Part shown: piece by piece, positions 18,352 through 28,651 of the stretch
How the letters are laid out: every line of letters begins with the position of its first letter
Numbering within the stretch: position 1 is the first letter of the stretch
From: Atopobium sp.
GTDB taxonomy: Bacteria; Actinomycetota; Coriobacteriia; Coriobacteriales; Atopobiaceae
DNA: 64,000 nucleotides
Direction: 5' to 3'
NCBI RefSeq assembly: GCF_034113385.1
Contig: NZ_JAXEXL010000014.1
Span: 42,247-106,246 of the forward strand
Translations under genes and position numbers: made by a program
Notes under the pieces: model-generated
What the model saw: the letters and a program-made list of their open reading frames with translations, nothing else
Database searches by the model: none
What the model was told of the DNA's origin: nothing

Positions 18352-19905
18352 TTACGCATCAGAGCGAGAAAAACCGTTGTGCATGCCAAGGCTTGCATCA
18401 AACAAGACCTTATCGAGCACATCGTCCGTTTGCACCTTGAGTTCCTCCACCAATTTTTGATTGGTAAGAGCCAGCTCAGAAGCAGCCTCTTCATACGAGA
18501 GGTTCTTCTCGATAATGGCATCATCACAGCGATTAAGCAGGGCACGCGCAGCAGCACCAAAGGCTTCTTGGTAACGCTCAATATGTGAAGAGCACTCACG
18601 ATAGTGAGCATCTGCCAAAGCAGCTATCAAACGATTGGCCCAATAGAAGCTCTCACTCGTTACACGAGCCGTTGTGTTAGAAAGATACTCGGGGTTCTCG
18701 TTAGTGTTGGCGTACAGAGGCACCATAACGTTAAATACGTTGGAGCCGTAGGCAAGCCACTCAACAGCCTGAATTGCCTGGGGCATGTAAGGTCGCAGCT
18801 GAATAACAAGGAGCTCGCCGTTGCGGTTAATGCCAATAGGACGATACTTACCACGCAAAGAAGCATCCCCATAGTGACCATAGGGATCGTAGGGAGTTCC
18901 CTGATAGTGCAGGGAAAGGACATACTTTACATCTTCGATGCTGATGGGGTTCTCGGGCTCAAGACACCAGGGGATGTCATCATCCTCGGGCAGCCAGCCA
19001 GCACCTTTTTGATCCCATTCCATATGAGGATTAAGCACGCGATGCATATTCCAAGAACGTGGCGTGTTGTATACATGGTCTGCATCAGACTTGCTACCAA
19101 ACGCAAGGCGCGGATTAAAAATGGTATGACCAGCTTCTGGGTCTACATCAATCCAGCCTAAGCTCAACTCGTTTGTGCCATCCAGCTTGTCAAGGCGATA
19201 CTTCTTAATAAACTCACGCAAATCTGCACTTGCCATACAAATGCGCTGCTCGCCCTCTGCATCATCCAAATCAAATGCATCAATGCCCAGCTGGTTAGGC
19301 ATGGTTACATACATCTCATCAGGGACACGTCGTGCAATCCAGTGATGGCCACCAATGGTTTCAAGCCACCAAATCTCCTCCGTATCAGAAAATGCAATGC
19401 CGTTCATTTCATAGGTGCCATACTGCTCAAGAAGCGCACCCAAACGCTTAACACCATCGCGAGCAGAAGTGATATAAGGGAGCACCAGGGTAACCATGTC
19501 TTCCTCACCAATACCGCCCACAACTTCAGGCTGATAGTCCTTATCGCCAGGCTTGCCCTGAGCAGGACGATATTCAACCAAGGGGTCGGCGCCTAAAACA
19601 CGCTCATTAGAGGTGATGGTCTCTGTTGCTGTCATGCCAATGTTCTTCTCATTAACACCAGCAGCAGCCCAAATACCGTGGCCATCTACGGCTTCTGGTA
19701 CCGAGGTGTAGCGCATAGGATTCTTTGGCAAGGGTATGGATACATGACTCAATACACTTGTGTACGTACGAGGCTGATCAGCAGGTTGAACCACCTTAAA
19801 CTTTTTGGGATTAAACTCAGTAGAACCTGAGTCCTCGTTGCGCGCAATGATGGTAGAGCCATCGAGTGAGGCCTTCTTGCCTACCAAAATAGTTGTACAA
19901 GCCAT
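18352..19905 (-). CDS. C69 family dipeptidase
   Basis: The N-terminal nucleophile start is MACTTILVGKKASLDGS. The ATG at 19905 with AGAAAGGA upstream is preferred over the track start at 19950. Confidence 0.88.
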   Translation of the reverse strand: MACTTILVGKKASLDGSTIIARNEDSGSTEFNPKKFKVVQPADQPRTYTSVLSHVSIPLPKNPMRYTSVPEAVDGHGIWAAAGVNEKNIGMTATETITSNERVLGADPLVEYRPAQGKPGDKDYQPEVVGGIGEEDMVTLVLPYITSARDGVKRLGALLEQYGTYEMNGIAFSDTEEIWWLETIGGHHWIARRVPDEMYVTMPNQLGIDAFDLDDAEGEQRICMASADLREFIKKYRLDKLDGTNELSLGWIDVDPEAGHTIFNPRLAFGSKSDADHVYNTPRSWNMHRVLNPHMEWDQKGAGWLPEDDDIPWCLEPENPISIEDVKYVLSLHYQGTPYDPYGHYGDASLRGKYRPIGINRNGELLVIQLRPYMPQAIQAVEWLAYGSNVFNVMVPLYANTNENPEYLSNTTARVTSESFYWANRLIAALADAHYRECSSHIERYQEAFGAAARALLNRCDDAIIEKNLSYEEAASELALTNQKLVEELKVQTDDVLDKVLFDASLGMHNGFSRSDA

Positions 19906-19950
19906 TATCTTGTCCTTTCTACAAAGGTTTTTACACAAAGTAACATACAC

Positions 19951-21513
19951 CTATAAGGTAATCTCTTGGTCTTTAACAAGAGTCTGAGCTTCTTCTAGCA
20001 GGTCAAGACCACGTTCATAAAACATGAGGTTTTTACTTTGCTGCACAAACGATGCCAGAGGATGTGCAGAAACAAATGACATGAACGTCTGGTCACAAGA
20101 AAGACGACTTACCATCACAAGCATCTCTTGCCCGCTGCCAAAAGCGCTCTCTAAAAATGCTAAACCATTATCCACATGCGTCGTAATAGCACGAACATCA
20201 TCTACCATTGTGCGGCAAGCGTTGTTGAATGCCTCCTTAGTTGCCGAGAAAACCATGGAGCCCGCATCTTGTCCTGAAGTGTTTTGCGCAGAGGATTCCA
20301 TTGCTGCACGGTGTGCCTGTGTACGAATTTGCTCCCAAATAGAAACAGTGCTGGTTAATTCAGCGAGCTGCTCGGAAGACGCCTTGCCCGCATTTTGCAC
20401 CTCAACCAACTGAGTGGTAGCCTGCGCAACACATTTGTCAATCTGAGCGAGCACATCTGCCGCCTCAGAGCCATCAGTTGCAGACGCTAACGCCAGAAGC
20501 TGATGCTTGATTGCTCGACAGGACTTCTCGTACCTTTGTTGCGCATGAACTTCATGCAGTATAACCGTAATAAGCAAATTAACTACGGCAATGCGCTCAT
20601 CAAAGGGAGCCGCACTTGCACGAGAACGTATAGCAGCATCCACTGAGCCGTCTAAGATATCAGATACTTTATAGTCATCTTCATACTTATGGAACAAATC
20701 TAGGTATAAAGAAAAATCCTCGGCAATGCGCGCATCCTGAATGTACTGAGAAATAAGGTTCAGATCTACGGCAATGCCTTCCGCATCATATGCGTAAATC
20801 ATGCGTGAAAGATCTTCCCAGCCACGTGCCGTAACAATACGTGCGCCCGTTGCCGCAGCACGAACCTTGTAAAAAGCCTCAGGTTTATTGGATAAGAAAG
20901 TAGTAATAGCAGGGTGAACGCCATAAGCAACTGCATAGTTTTGCCAAACATCCAGGTTTGCTTCTATATCTATACGCTTCATGCGATCCATCATCGCAGG
21001 ATCAAACTCCCGTGCCGCACGATTGTACTCAGGTGGGTTTCCAGCACATACAATTACCCAGCCTGCCGGCAGTTGATGTTGGCCAAAGGTTTTATGCTGC
21101 AAAAATTGCAGCATAGCAGGCATAAGAGTCTCACTCGCACAGTTAATCTCGTCTAAAAAGAGCACACCCTCAGGTACACCGGTTTTCTTTATAGCGTCAT
21201 GAACTGCTGCAATAATTTCACTCATGGTATAGCGAGAAACGCGATATTGCTGACCATGAAACTCGGAGCTATCAATGTAAGGCAAGCCCAAAGCAGATTG
21301 GCGTGTATGGTGCGTAATGGAATAGCTCACAAAATTGATGTGCATACGCTGAGCAATTTGGGCAACAACGGCAGTTTTGCCAATACCGGGAGGTCCCATA
21401 AGGATAAGGGGGCGCTGCATCATAAAGGGAATGCGGTAAGCACCAAGCTCATCTTTGGATAAGTAAGCTTTAATTGCACCCTCTACCTGCGATGTTGCTT
21501 CACTGATGTTCAT
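19951..21513 (-). CDS. MoxR-like AAA+ ATPase (AAA_5 type) with a long helical C-terminal extension
   Basis: Walker A is LMGPPGIGKTAV, Walker B is VLFLDEINCA, and the sensor/arginine region is NPPEYNRAAREFDPAMMDRM. The stop abuts the dipeptidase ORF. Confidence 0.85.
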   Translation of the reverse strand: MNISEATSQVEGAIKAYLSKDELGAYRIPFMMQRPLILMGPPGIGKTAVVAQIAQRMHINFVSYSITHHTRQSALGLPYIDSSEFHGQQYRVSRYTMSEIIAAVHDAIKKTGVPEGVLFLDEINCASETLMPAMLQFLQHKTFGQHQLPAGWVIVCAGNPPEYNRAAREFDPAMMDRMKRIDIEANLDVWQNYAVAYGVHPAITTFLSNKPEAFYKVRAAATGARIVTARGWEDLSRMIYAYDAEGIAVDLNLISQYIQDARIAEDFSLYLDLFHKYEDDYKVSDILDGSVDAAIRSRASAAPFDERIAVVNLLITVILHEVHAQQRYEKSCRAIKHQLLALASATDGSEAADVLAQIDKCVAQATTQLVEVQNAGKASSEQLAELTSTVSIWEQIRTQAHRAAMESSAQNTSGQDAGSMVFSATKEAFNNACRTMVDDVRAITTHVDNGLAFLESAFGSGQEMLVMVSRLSCDQTFMSFVSAHPLASFVQQSKNLMFYERGLDLLEEAQTLVKDQEITL

Positions 21514-21533
21514 GTACGGCTCCTTAGATGAGC

Positions 21534-23117
21534 TTAATAAACGGACAGAGATTCAAACTGACCAGCATTAATAGTAAGTTGAATGGCCCATGCAGGCACC
21601 AAATCAGGGCGATGATCTTCATCATAAAAGACAAAGGCTGTCTTGAATGGTGGCATAGCTTCTGGATAGATACCCCAGCCATCGGTAAAGTAAATAACCC
21701 CCGCTAAATCATCAAACTCGCCTTTTTGGCGTAGTTCCTGAATGTAGCGAAACGCTGGCCTAAAGTCAGTGCCGCTCAACCCACGTAGTTCAATTTTTTG
21801 CCGCCACTGATTCATTTCCCCTACACTGGTAATCTTGGTATCACTACGTACTTGCAAATCACACTGGATGATATGAACATTAATCTTCTCAAAAAATGAC
21901 TCTGTGCTGCAAAGCACGTCGTAGGTGGTGTCTACAAACTGCTGCACAATTTTGCCCGTAACCGAGCTGGAAGTATCAATCACAATGACAAAGTCACGGA
22001 TACGATTTTTATTGCTGTATTCCAGCGGTTCTATGAGCGGCATATCCTCATACAAAGACAATCCATACGTATAAAAGATGTAATCAAACTCATCGTCCGA
22101 TAAGCGCATATCCTCTTGATAGGTTGCAAACTGACGTAAAAACTCACGATAATCCACTTCTTCATGCTGGCTTACCATAAGTTGATGCATAAGTCCCCGT
22201 AGCTTGGAGCCACGCTCACGCGAGAGCGTCTCTAGATCCACACGCATGGACCGCGCAGCCTTAGACCAACGCTCTTCCGCGCGCTTCATCTGTTCTGGCG
22301 TAAGCGATATGTTTGCTTCTTTTGCAGCAGCATGACTGCTGGGTTGTGGCTGGCTGCCAAACTCAGATGACGGAGATTCAGCCTGCTCAGGCATTTGATC
22401 TTGCGGTACGGTACCATCTGAATCTGGCTGGCTGGCGCCATGGGCAGCAGCGTCTTGCTTGTCATAGGCTTCTTGTGCGCCGTTTGCACCTTCTGCCGTG
22501 CTTGCGCCTTCTGCTTTGCCTAACCCTTCAGATCCGCTTGCCCCTTCAGATTTACTTGCTCCACCAGGTTGTTGGGGTGTTGTCTGAGGCTTGGAGGCAA
22601 ACCACAATGCATGATCATCCACAAAAAACAGTGGCTGCCAAATGGGCAGCATATTGGCATATCCACCAGTACTAAAACTGTGATACAGGCGTTCTGCAGT
22701 CAGTTTACCTGCAAAATCATCATACAAAGACTCTAAAATGGCCTCGATTTTATTGCCACGCTCACCTGCACGAAGACCTACAATATCTGCCACAATCATC
22801 TCTGCAATAATGTCACATGCCAGACTCCATGCAGCGCCATGCACATGCGTCCCCACAAAGGGATGCAAGAACAAACAGTGAGCAAGAACGTGAACATAAT
22901 CATGCACGGGAGGCTGTTGCTTATTCAGATACGTAGAAATCAAATGATTGGCATCTACAAAAAGCGTTGTCCCATTAGTAGAAAAACTCTGCGCTTGCTC
23001 ACATACCTCAAGCTGCAACAAGCCAATAGAGCCCGCCAAAAAGTGATTATTTGCCACAAGTGTCCCTTGCGTAAGCTGCATAATACGCATCGCAAGGCTC
23101 TGTTTTTGCACGTCCAC
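21534..23117 (-). CDS. VWA-like domain protein with an N-terminal degenerate metallopeptidase-like domain (DUF2201-type partner of MoxR ATPases)
   Basis: The C-terminal MIDAS-like motif is VIVIDTSSSV. The N-terminal HVLAHCLFLHP sits where HExxH is expected. A central low-complexity block reads GGASKSEGASGSEGLGKAEGASTAEGANG. The start is uncertain: GTG at 23117 lies 5 nt after AAGGAGG, and the alternatives are ATG at 23090 or TTG at 23153. Confidence 0.75.
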   Translation of the reverse strand: MDVQKQSLAMRIMQLTQGTLVANNHFLAGSIGLLQLEVCEQAQSFSTNGTTLFVDANHLISTYLNKQQPPVHDYVHVLAHCLFLHPFVGTHVHGAAWSLACDIIAEMIVADIVGLRAGERGNKIEAILESLYDDFAGKLTAERLYHSFSTGGYANMLPIWQPLFFVDDHALWFASKPQTTPQQPGGASKSEGASGSEGLGKAEGASTAEGANGAQEAYDKQDAAAHGASQPDSDGTVPQDQMPEQAESPSSEFGSQPQPSSHAAAKEANISLTPEQMKRAEERWSKAARSMRVDLETLSRERGSKLRGLMHQLMVSQHEEVDYREFLRQFATYQEDMRLSDDEFDYIFYTYGLSLYEDMPLIEPLEYSNKNRIRDFVIVIDTSSSVTGKIVQQFVDTTYDVLCSTESFFEKINVHIIQCDLQVRSDTKITSVGEMNQWRQKIELRGLSGTDFRPAFRYIQELRQKGEFDDLAGVIYFTDGWGIYPEAMPPFKTAFVFYDEDHRPDLVPAWAIQLTINAGQFESLSVY

Positions 23118-23204
23118 GTCCACCTCCTTTATGAATCGTAGCTCACACAACAACCTGCCTCATATACCTTTTTGCCATACTACTGCAGTGCTAGGACAGT
23201 TGCG

Positions 23205-24398
23205 CTAGAGCAAGAAATCAGCAAGAAAATCATCTGGTGCATCTGGCGAGAAAAGCTCCTGCTTGCGACCAAGAAGCCAAGTAGCTGCTTCGGCATACCC
23301 CGCTTGTGAAGCAGCCAAAATAGCATCATCAAAGCTTTTCTCGTCAAAAGCATGCGGCCAGGTACCCACCTGCTTAAGCTGAGCAATCTTGCCATGTTTT
23401 GCAAGCACACACAGAAGCACTGCATTGTGTGCAATACATGTGCTGGGGCGTACGTACAAAACCATCTCTGTTACTAACTCTATGTCTGCCTGCAACCAGG
23501 TAAGTGCAGCTAGGCGTCCTAAAAAGACAGACGGCATCTGCTGACATACAAAACGTACGACGCGCAAATCCGCACGTGGAACGACTAATGAGCCCATTAC
23601 CTGCTCTATAACAGACGACCCCATATGACGGTTATGGTGTAGCTCAAGCAACTTTGTGGCTAAGGCAAAGCACGTATCTGCCGTAGCATCATCACGCTCT
23701 GATGCATGCCTAATGCTGTGCCACGCACGTACCACGCACGCACGAAACACATCATCAAAAACGGTTGTCTCAAAAAGGCCATCAGAGGCAAGGCTATACA
23801 CTACATCGCAGGTAGTTTGCAGATTGGTAGGAAACACATATGCAGCACCAAGCAACTCTTCAGTACCGGTAAAGTCTTCAAAAATCTCAGTCGAAATGGT
23901 CTGGTCCATAAGATTTAAAAACAAGGTGGGACTGGAACGCACTAAATCAAAACGTGTGTATACGCCGTCATGCACAGACATGGCAATATCACGCCGCACC
24001 TGTGGACGAGGATCTCCCAACAGGTCCACACCTTGCATAAGCAACCAGCGCGCACAACTCTCATGCCCGCAGCGCAGCGCCAACGCAAGCGCCCAAGAAG
24101 AATAAGCAAACGGTGCCAACATGCTCCACACCCGTTGCAACACCACTAGATTTCCCAAGCAAGCCGCACGTTCAAGCAGGTCAACGCAGCTTACTGCATC
24201 GAGTAATGCTGCATTTGCTTGCAACATATCCAGCGCTTCATGCACGGCTTCACCAGAAACAAGGGCTTTTTGAACTGCCTGTAAGAGCTGGTTGTTTATC
24301 CCATTTGCTCCGTTTGTCTTGTGCACTTCACATGCCGCAAGTTCTTGAGAAACTAACTGTTCTGAACGGTCAATTGGCTGATTGCTCACGTTGTACAC
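23205..24398 (-). CDS. Hypothetical protein with ankyrin-repeat-like helical repeats
   Basis: ALALALRCGHESCARWLLMQGVDLLG and AILAASQAGYAEAATWLLGRK resemble ANK consensus turns. The start is GTG. The gene lies 50-90 bp upstream of the VWA gene on the same strand. Confidence 0.6.
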   Translation of the reverse strand: MYNVSNQPIDRSEQLVSQELAACEVHKTNGANGINNQLLQAVQKALVSGEAVHEALDMLQANAALLDAVSCVDLLERAACLGNLVVLQRVWSMLAPFAYSSWALALALRCGHESCARWLLMQGVDLLGDPRPQVRRDIAMSVHDGVYTRFDLVRSSPTLFLNLMDQTISTEIFEDFTGTEELLGAAYVFPTNLQTTCDVVYSLASDGLFETTVFDDVFRACVVRAWHSIRHASERDDATADTCFALATKLLELHHNRHMGSSVIEQVMGSLVVPRADLRVVRFVCQQMPSVFLGRLAALTWLQADIELVTEMVLYVRPSTCIAHNAVLLCVLAKHGKIAQLKQVGTWPHAFDEKSFDDAILAASQAGYAEAATWLLGRKQELFSPDAPDDFLADFLL

Positions 24399-24431
24399 CT
24401 TTCATTGCTAGTCAGACTATACCAATTGCCA

Positions 24432-24458
24432 TAAAAAAAGCGACCCGAAGGCCGCTTT
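24432..24458 (-). terminator. Intrinsic terminator after the glutaredoxin-like gene
   Basis: The minus strand reads AAAGCGGCCTTCGGGTCGCTTTTTTTA. This is a GC stem with a TTCG-type loop followed by a T-run, 14 nt after the stop at 24472. Confidence 0.7.
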
Positions 24459-24471
24459 CCAAACACAGCTT

Positions 24472-24714
24472 TTATGCAAACGCACGGTCTAGATACTCAA
24501 TAATGTCATCAGACTCGTACAGCGCTACCCCATCTACAAACAGGCAAGGAACTTGTTGCTTTCCGCCCTCGCTTACAAGAAACGCAAGGTCATCGGGGTT
24601 CTTGCTTATATCGTGCAGGCCAATCGTAATGTTATGGCGCTCCATAAAACGTAGAACCTTAACGCAAAACGGGCAGGTGGGGCGATAATACAGTTGTAAA
24701 TCTGGAATGACCAT
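24472..24714 (-). CDS. Glutaredoxin-family small redox protein
   Basis: The active-site motif is YYRPTCPFCVKV and the cis-Pro region is QVPCLFVDG. The ATG at 24714, preceded by GAGGA at 6 nt, is preferred over 24726. Confidence 0.8.
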   Translation of the reverse strand: MVIPDLQLYYRPTCPFCVKVLRFMERHNITIGLHDISKNPDDLAFLVSEGGKQQVPCLFVDGVALYESDDIIEYLDRAFA

Positions 24715-24833
24715 ACAAATCCTCATAGTTGGTTACATAAACCGCATTACCATACCGCAAAATTAAAAAATGTATAGACCCTAAGTACACAAGCAAACTG
24801 CATGAGAATACCTACCACAAGATATGGTTCGTG

Positions 24834-25319
24834 TTATGGCTGGTAGATGAGGTGTTTCTCATCAATAGCATACAAGGTCGTGTTGAGATAACGCTTTGCT
24901 AACCAACGAGCCATACCAAGGTTTTGATCAAGATAGTTGCCACACTCTTCAGGTGCTGCACCAGGAATATCTCCTGCAAAGTTCTGAATAAACTCAAACA
25001 TGCGTATTACCAAATCAAGCACATCACCTGAACTATAATCGCCAAATACCACAAGGTAACACCCGGTACGGCAGCCCATAGGTCCAAAGTACACCACACG
25101 GCTTGACCATTGCTCATCATTACGCAAAAACGTAGCACCCAAATGCTCAATGGTATGAAGCTCTGCTGTGTTCATAACAGGCTCACGATTAGGTGCAGTC
25201 ATACGCAAGTCAAAGGTGGTTACTACCGCCCCCGTTACAGAATCTTGATCCTTGCGCGATACATACACACCTGGCTCTAATACCAAATGATTAACGGTAA
25301 AACTGGCAATTTTATCCAT
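24834..25319 (-). CDS. luxS: S-ribosylhomocysteine lyase
   Basis: The metal-binding motif is ELHTIEHLGATFLRN and GCRTGCY follows downstream. The MDKIASFTVNH start at 25319 is preferred. Confidence 0.92.
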   Translation of the reverse strand: MDKIASFTVNHLVLEPGVYVSRKDQDSVTGAVVTTFDLRMTAPNREPVMNTAELHTIEHLGATFLRNDEQWSSRVVYFGPMGCRTGCYLVVFGDYSSGDVLDLVIRMFEFIQNFAGDIPGAAPEECGNYLDQNLGMARWLAKRYLNTTLYAIDEKHLIYQP

Positions 25320-25447
25320 ACGCACTCCTTTGACGCAGATACAGCAAGGCGAGCACCTCATCTAGATAAGTATAGGCACTTGGCGCCCTTTATGTCTGAA
25401 TGGTGCGGTAGGATTACAAAGACAACCATCGCCAAGAAAGGCTTACC

Positions 25448-28400
25448 ATGACTGCATCGTCTAAGCTAGAGATACTTGTTTCTCCTGTTGCAGGTAAAAC
25501 TATGCATCTGGAAGAAGTTGCAGATATGGCTTTTGCCCAGGGCATGCTAGGACCAGGAGCTGCAATTGAGCCCGTAAACGCCGCGCAAGCTCATGGGGTT
25601 ATGTCTGTTGTTGCCCCCCTTTCTGGTAGCATTACCGCTGTTGCCGCTCAGGGCCATGCCGTCAGTATCCGCAGTATGAGTGGCCTAGAGGTACTCATAC
25701 ACGTAGGCATAGATACCGTAGAGCTTGATGGCAAGCCTTTTCTTGTATCGGTACAAGTAGGAGATAGTGTCCACCAAGGGGATGTTTTACTCCATGCAGA
25801 TATTGAGGCCATTACACGTTCTGGGCGCAAATCAACGGTTATGGTAACCATACCAAGCGGTGCAGGTATACCAGCTGCTCAAGATGAAGTCCAGTTAGGA
25901 CCCCGCCACACCATCAAACAGGGTGATTCTTTCCTCAACGTTAACATCGATGCATTGAGTACTCCAACGCCACAAGAACACACGCAATCTGCCGAGCAAA
26001 ACTCTCATGGCATTAGTTCCCCATCCTCGCTTACCACACACGTAACGCTTGAAGACCGCATCCCTTGGCCTGATGATGAGAGCTATGCAAATATTCCCGC
26101 AGATCAAGCTCTTGACCTGTATCTTGATTGGATTGCCGAGCAAAACATTGAGCCTTGGAATCATCAGCTAGAATCCCTGCTCAATATTGCCGCGGGCAAT
26201 CATGTGATTTTAGGCACGCCTACTGGTTCAGGAAAATCCTTAGTAGCACTTGGCATGTGCTTTATTGCCGTCTGTACAGACCGTCGCGCCTATTACACCG
26301 CTCCCATTAAGGCATTGGTTTCCGAGAAGTTCTTTGCACTCTGCGATGTTCTTGGCAAAGACAATGTAGGCATGATTACTGGCGATGTTGTTATTAACGC
26401 AGAGGCGCCAATCATTTGTTGTACTGCGGAAATCTTGGCACAAGACGCCCTGCGCTTTGGCAAAACCGCAGACATAGGCTGCGTGGTTATGGATGAGTTC
26501 CACTACTACGGTGACCCTGACCGTGGTTGGGCCTGGCAGGTACCCTTGCTTACGCTACCTCACACGCAATTTTTGCTCATGAGTGCCACCTTGGGTGATG
26601 TTTCTGCTCTTGCACAATCCCTCACAAAGCATACAGGCCGTACCGTTGAAGCAATACTGGATGCGCCACGTCCCGTTCCTTTATCGTACGAGTTTGTCGA
26701 GACACCCTTGGAGGCTACGGTAGAACTCGCGCTGCGCGATGGTGATGCTCCAATATACATTGTGCACTTCTCGCAAGAAGCCGCTGTTAAAAGTGCTCAA
26801 GCACTTGCAAGTTATGGCGTATCTACCAAAGAACAGCGAGAACAGCTTAAGGATGCCCTCAAGGGAGCACGGTTTACCACTGCTTTTGGCAAGACGCTTA
26901 AGCGTTTGCTCCCTACCGGTGTTGGCGTGCACCATGCCGGCATGCTCCCGCGCTATCGCCTGCTTGTAGAGCGCTTGGCGCAGCAAGGCCTGCTCCCCGT
27001 TATTTGTGGCACGGATACCTTAGGCGTAGGTATTAACGTGCCCATTCATACGGTGCTTCTCACCCAACTTACTAAATATGACGGTCGGCGTATGCGCCGC
27101 CTTAATGCGCGTGAGTTCCATCAGATTGCTGGCCGTGCAGGTCGCTCTGGCTTTGATACAGAAGGGCGCGTTATTGCACAGGCAAACGAGTATGACATTG
27201 AGCGTGCACGTGCCTTGCTTAAGGCAGCAGGCGACCCCAAAAAGATACGCAAAATCAAGACCAAAACAGCACCTCAAGACTTTGTAAGCTGGAACAATCA
27301 AACCTTTGACCACCTCATTGCAGCAACACCAGAGCCTCTCCAACCTCGTCTTAAAATCACTAATTCCATGGTGCTTGCACAGGTAGAGCAAGGTGGAGAT
27401 GCCTGGACGCGTTTGCATACACTCGTAACCGAGTCCGCACAATCAGATGGACAAAAAGCAGAGCTTTCTAGGCACATAGATGAAGTGCTTGCAACATTGC
27501 TCGATGCGCAAGTCATCTCTCGAGATGTTCCTGCAAACACGGCTCTTGGCCCTGCAAACTATACCCTCGAAGCAGATTTACCAGATAATTTCTTACTTAC
27601 TCAACCCCTCTCGCCCTTTATGCTGGCAGCACTTGAGCTGCTCAATCCAGAGGACCCCCATTACGATTTAGACCTCATTTCTATGGTGGAAGCAACGCTG
27701 GATAATCCAAGCCAGATTCTATATGCGCAAGAAAAAGAAGCACGCAGCAAAGCACTTGCCGCTATGAAAGCAGAGGGCATAGACTATGATGAACGCCTGG
27801 AGCGTGCTCAGGAAGTAACGTACCCTAAGCCCCTGGAAGACCTTCTAAATCAAGCTTTTGCCAGCTACTGTGAGCAAGTCCCCTGGGCAGCAGACTATGC
27901 CCTTGCTCCCAAAAGCGTGTTGCGTGAGATGGTAGAATCCGCGTCTGATTTCAAGACGTACATTAGCTATTACAAGCTCTCGCGCTCCGAAGGAACGTTG
28001 TTGCGCTACCTATCCGATGCCTACCGCACTCTCGCCCACACCATTCCAAAGCACTTCATATCAAAACGCTTGGATGACATTATAAGCTGGCTGTCTCTTG
28101 TAGTACGCACCACAGACTCCAGCTTGCTGGATGAATGGTCCCATGACGCATCATCAGACCAGGGCACAAATCTTGCTGCGCCCGGTACAACAGACGCAGT
28201 GGTTGCTGATCGTCGTGGCACTACGCTGCTTGTACGCAATGCCCTGTTTGCGCGCGTGCGTCTTGCTGCCTTTGGTCGTACCGATAAGCTCGGGGAACTT
28301 GATGCGGATTGGGGCTGGCGCGAAGCAGTATGGCAACATGCACTTGATGCCTACTTTGAAGTGTACGCAGACATCCTTCTTGACGCAGATGCTCGCTCTG

Positions 28401-28597
28401 CCGCCTTTGTTCAAATTGATGAGTCTGACGAGAAAAGCATGCATGTATGGCATGTTCACCAAATCTTTAGTGACCCAGAAGCTGACCACGCTTTTGGCAT
28501 CTGGGCAGATGTAGATTTGGATGCCACTCAGGAAGAAGGTTCGCCTGTCTTTACTAACTATCGTGTGGGCTTTTTTGAGGATGTACACCGTAACTAA
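25448..28597 (+). CDS. Fusion protein: N-terminal PTS EIIA(Glc)-type domain plus a Ski2-like DExH helicase with a DUF3516-type C-terminal region
   Basis: Residues 1-140 read SPVAGKTMHLEEVADMAFAQGMLGPGAAIEP...QGHAVSIRS...EVLIHVGIDTVELDGKPF and retain both EIIA-Glc histidines. The helicase motifs are GTPTGSGKS (I), VVMDEFHYYGD (II), MSATLGD (III), VHHAGMLPRYR and QIAGRAGRSGFD (VI). Confidence 0.85.
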   Translation: MTASSKLEILVSPVAGKTMHLEEVADMAFAQGMLGPGAAIEPVNAAQAHGVMSVVAPLSGSITAVAAQGHAVSIRSMSGLEVLIHVGIDTVELDGKPFLVSVQVGDSVHQGDVLLHADIEAITRSGRKSTVMVTIPSGAGIPAAQDEVQLGPRHTIKQGDSFLNVNIDALSTPTPQEHTQSAEQNSHGISSPSSLTTHVTLEDRIPWPDDESYANIPADQALDLYLDWIAEQNIEPWNHQLESLLNIAAGNHVILGTPTGSGKSLVALGMCFIAVCTDRRAYYTAPIKALVSEKFFALCDVLGKDNVGMITGDVVINAEAPIICCTAEILAQDALRFGKTADIGCVVMDEFHYYGDPDRGWAWQVPLLTLPHTQFLLMSATLGDVSALAQSLTKHTGRTVEAILDAPRPVPLSYEFVETPLEATVELALRDGDAPIYIVHFSQEAAVKSAQALASYGVSTKEQREQLKDALKGARFTTAFGKTLKRLLPTGVGVHHAGMLPRYRLLVERLAQQGLLPVICGTDTLGVGINVPIHTVLLTQLTKYDGRRMRRLNAREFHQIAGRAGRSGFDTEGRVIAQANEYDIERARALLKAAGDPKKIRKIKTKTAPQDFVSWNNQTFDHLIAATPEPLQPRLKITNSMVLAQVEQGGDAWTRLHTLVTESAQSDGQKAELSRHIDEVLATLLDAQVISRDVPANTALGPANYTLEADLPDNFLLTQPLSPFMLAALELLNPEDPHYDLDLISMVEATLDNPSQILYAQEKEARSKALAAMKAEGIDYDERLERAQEVTYPKPLEDLLNQAFASYCEQVPWAADYALAPKSVLREMVESASDFKTYISYYKLSRSEGTLLRYLSDAYRTLAHTIPKHFISKRLDDIISWLSLVVRTTDSSLLDEWSHDASSDQGTNLAAPGTTDAVVADRRGTTLLVRNALFARVRLAAFGRTDKLGELDADWGWREAVWQHALDAYFEVYADILLDADARSAAFVQIDESDEKSMHVWHVHQIFSDPEADHAFGIWADVDLDATQEEGSPVFTNYRVGFFEDVHRN

Positions 28598-28651
28598 TAT
28601 TCGCTGGTAGAATTATCTATCCGATGTTGTATTTGCTTTTGAGAGGATCTC

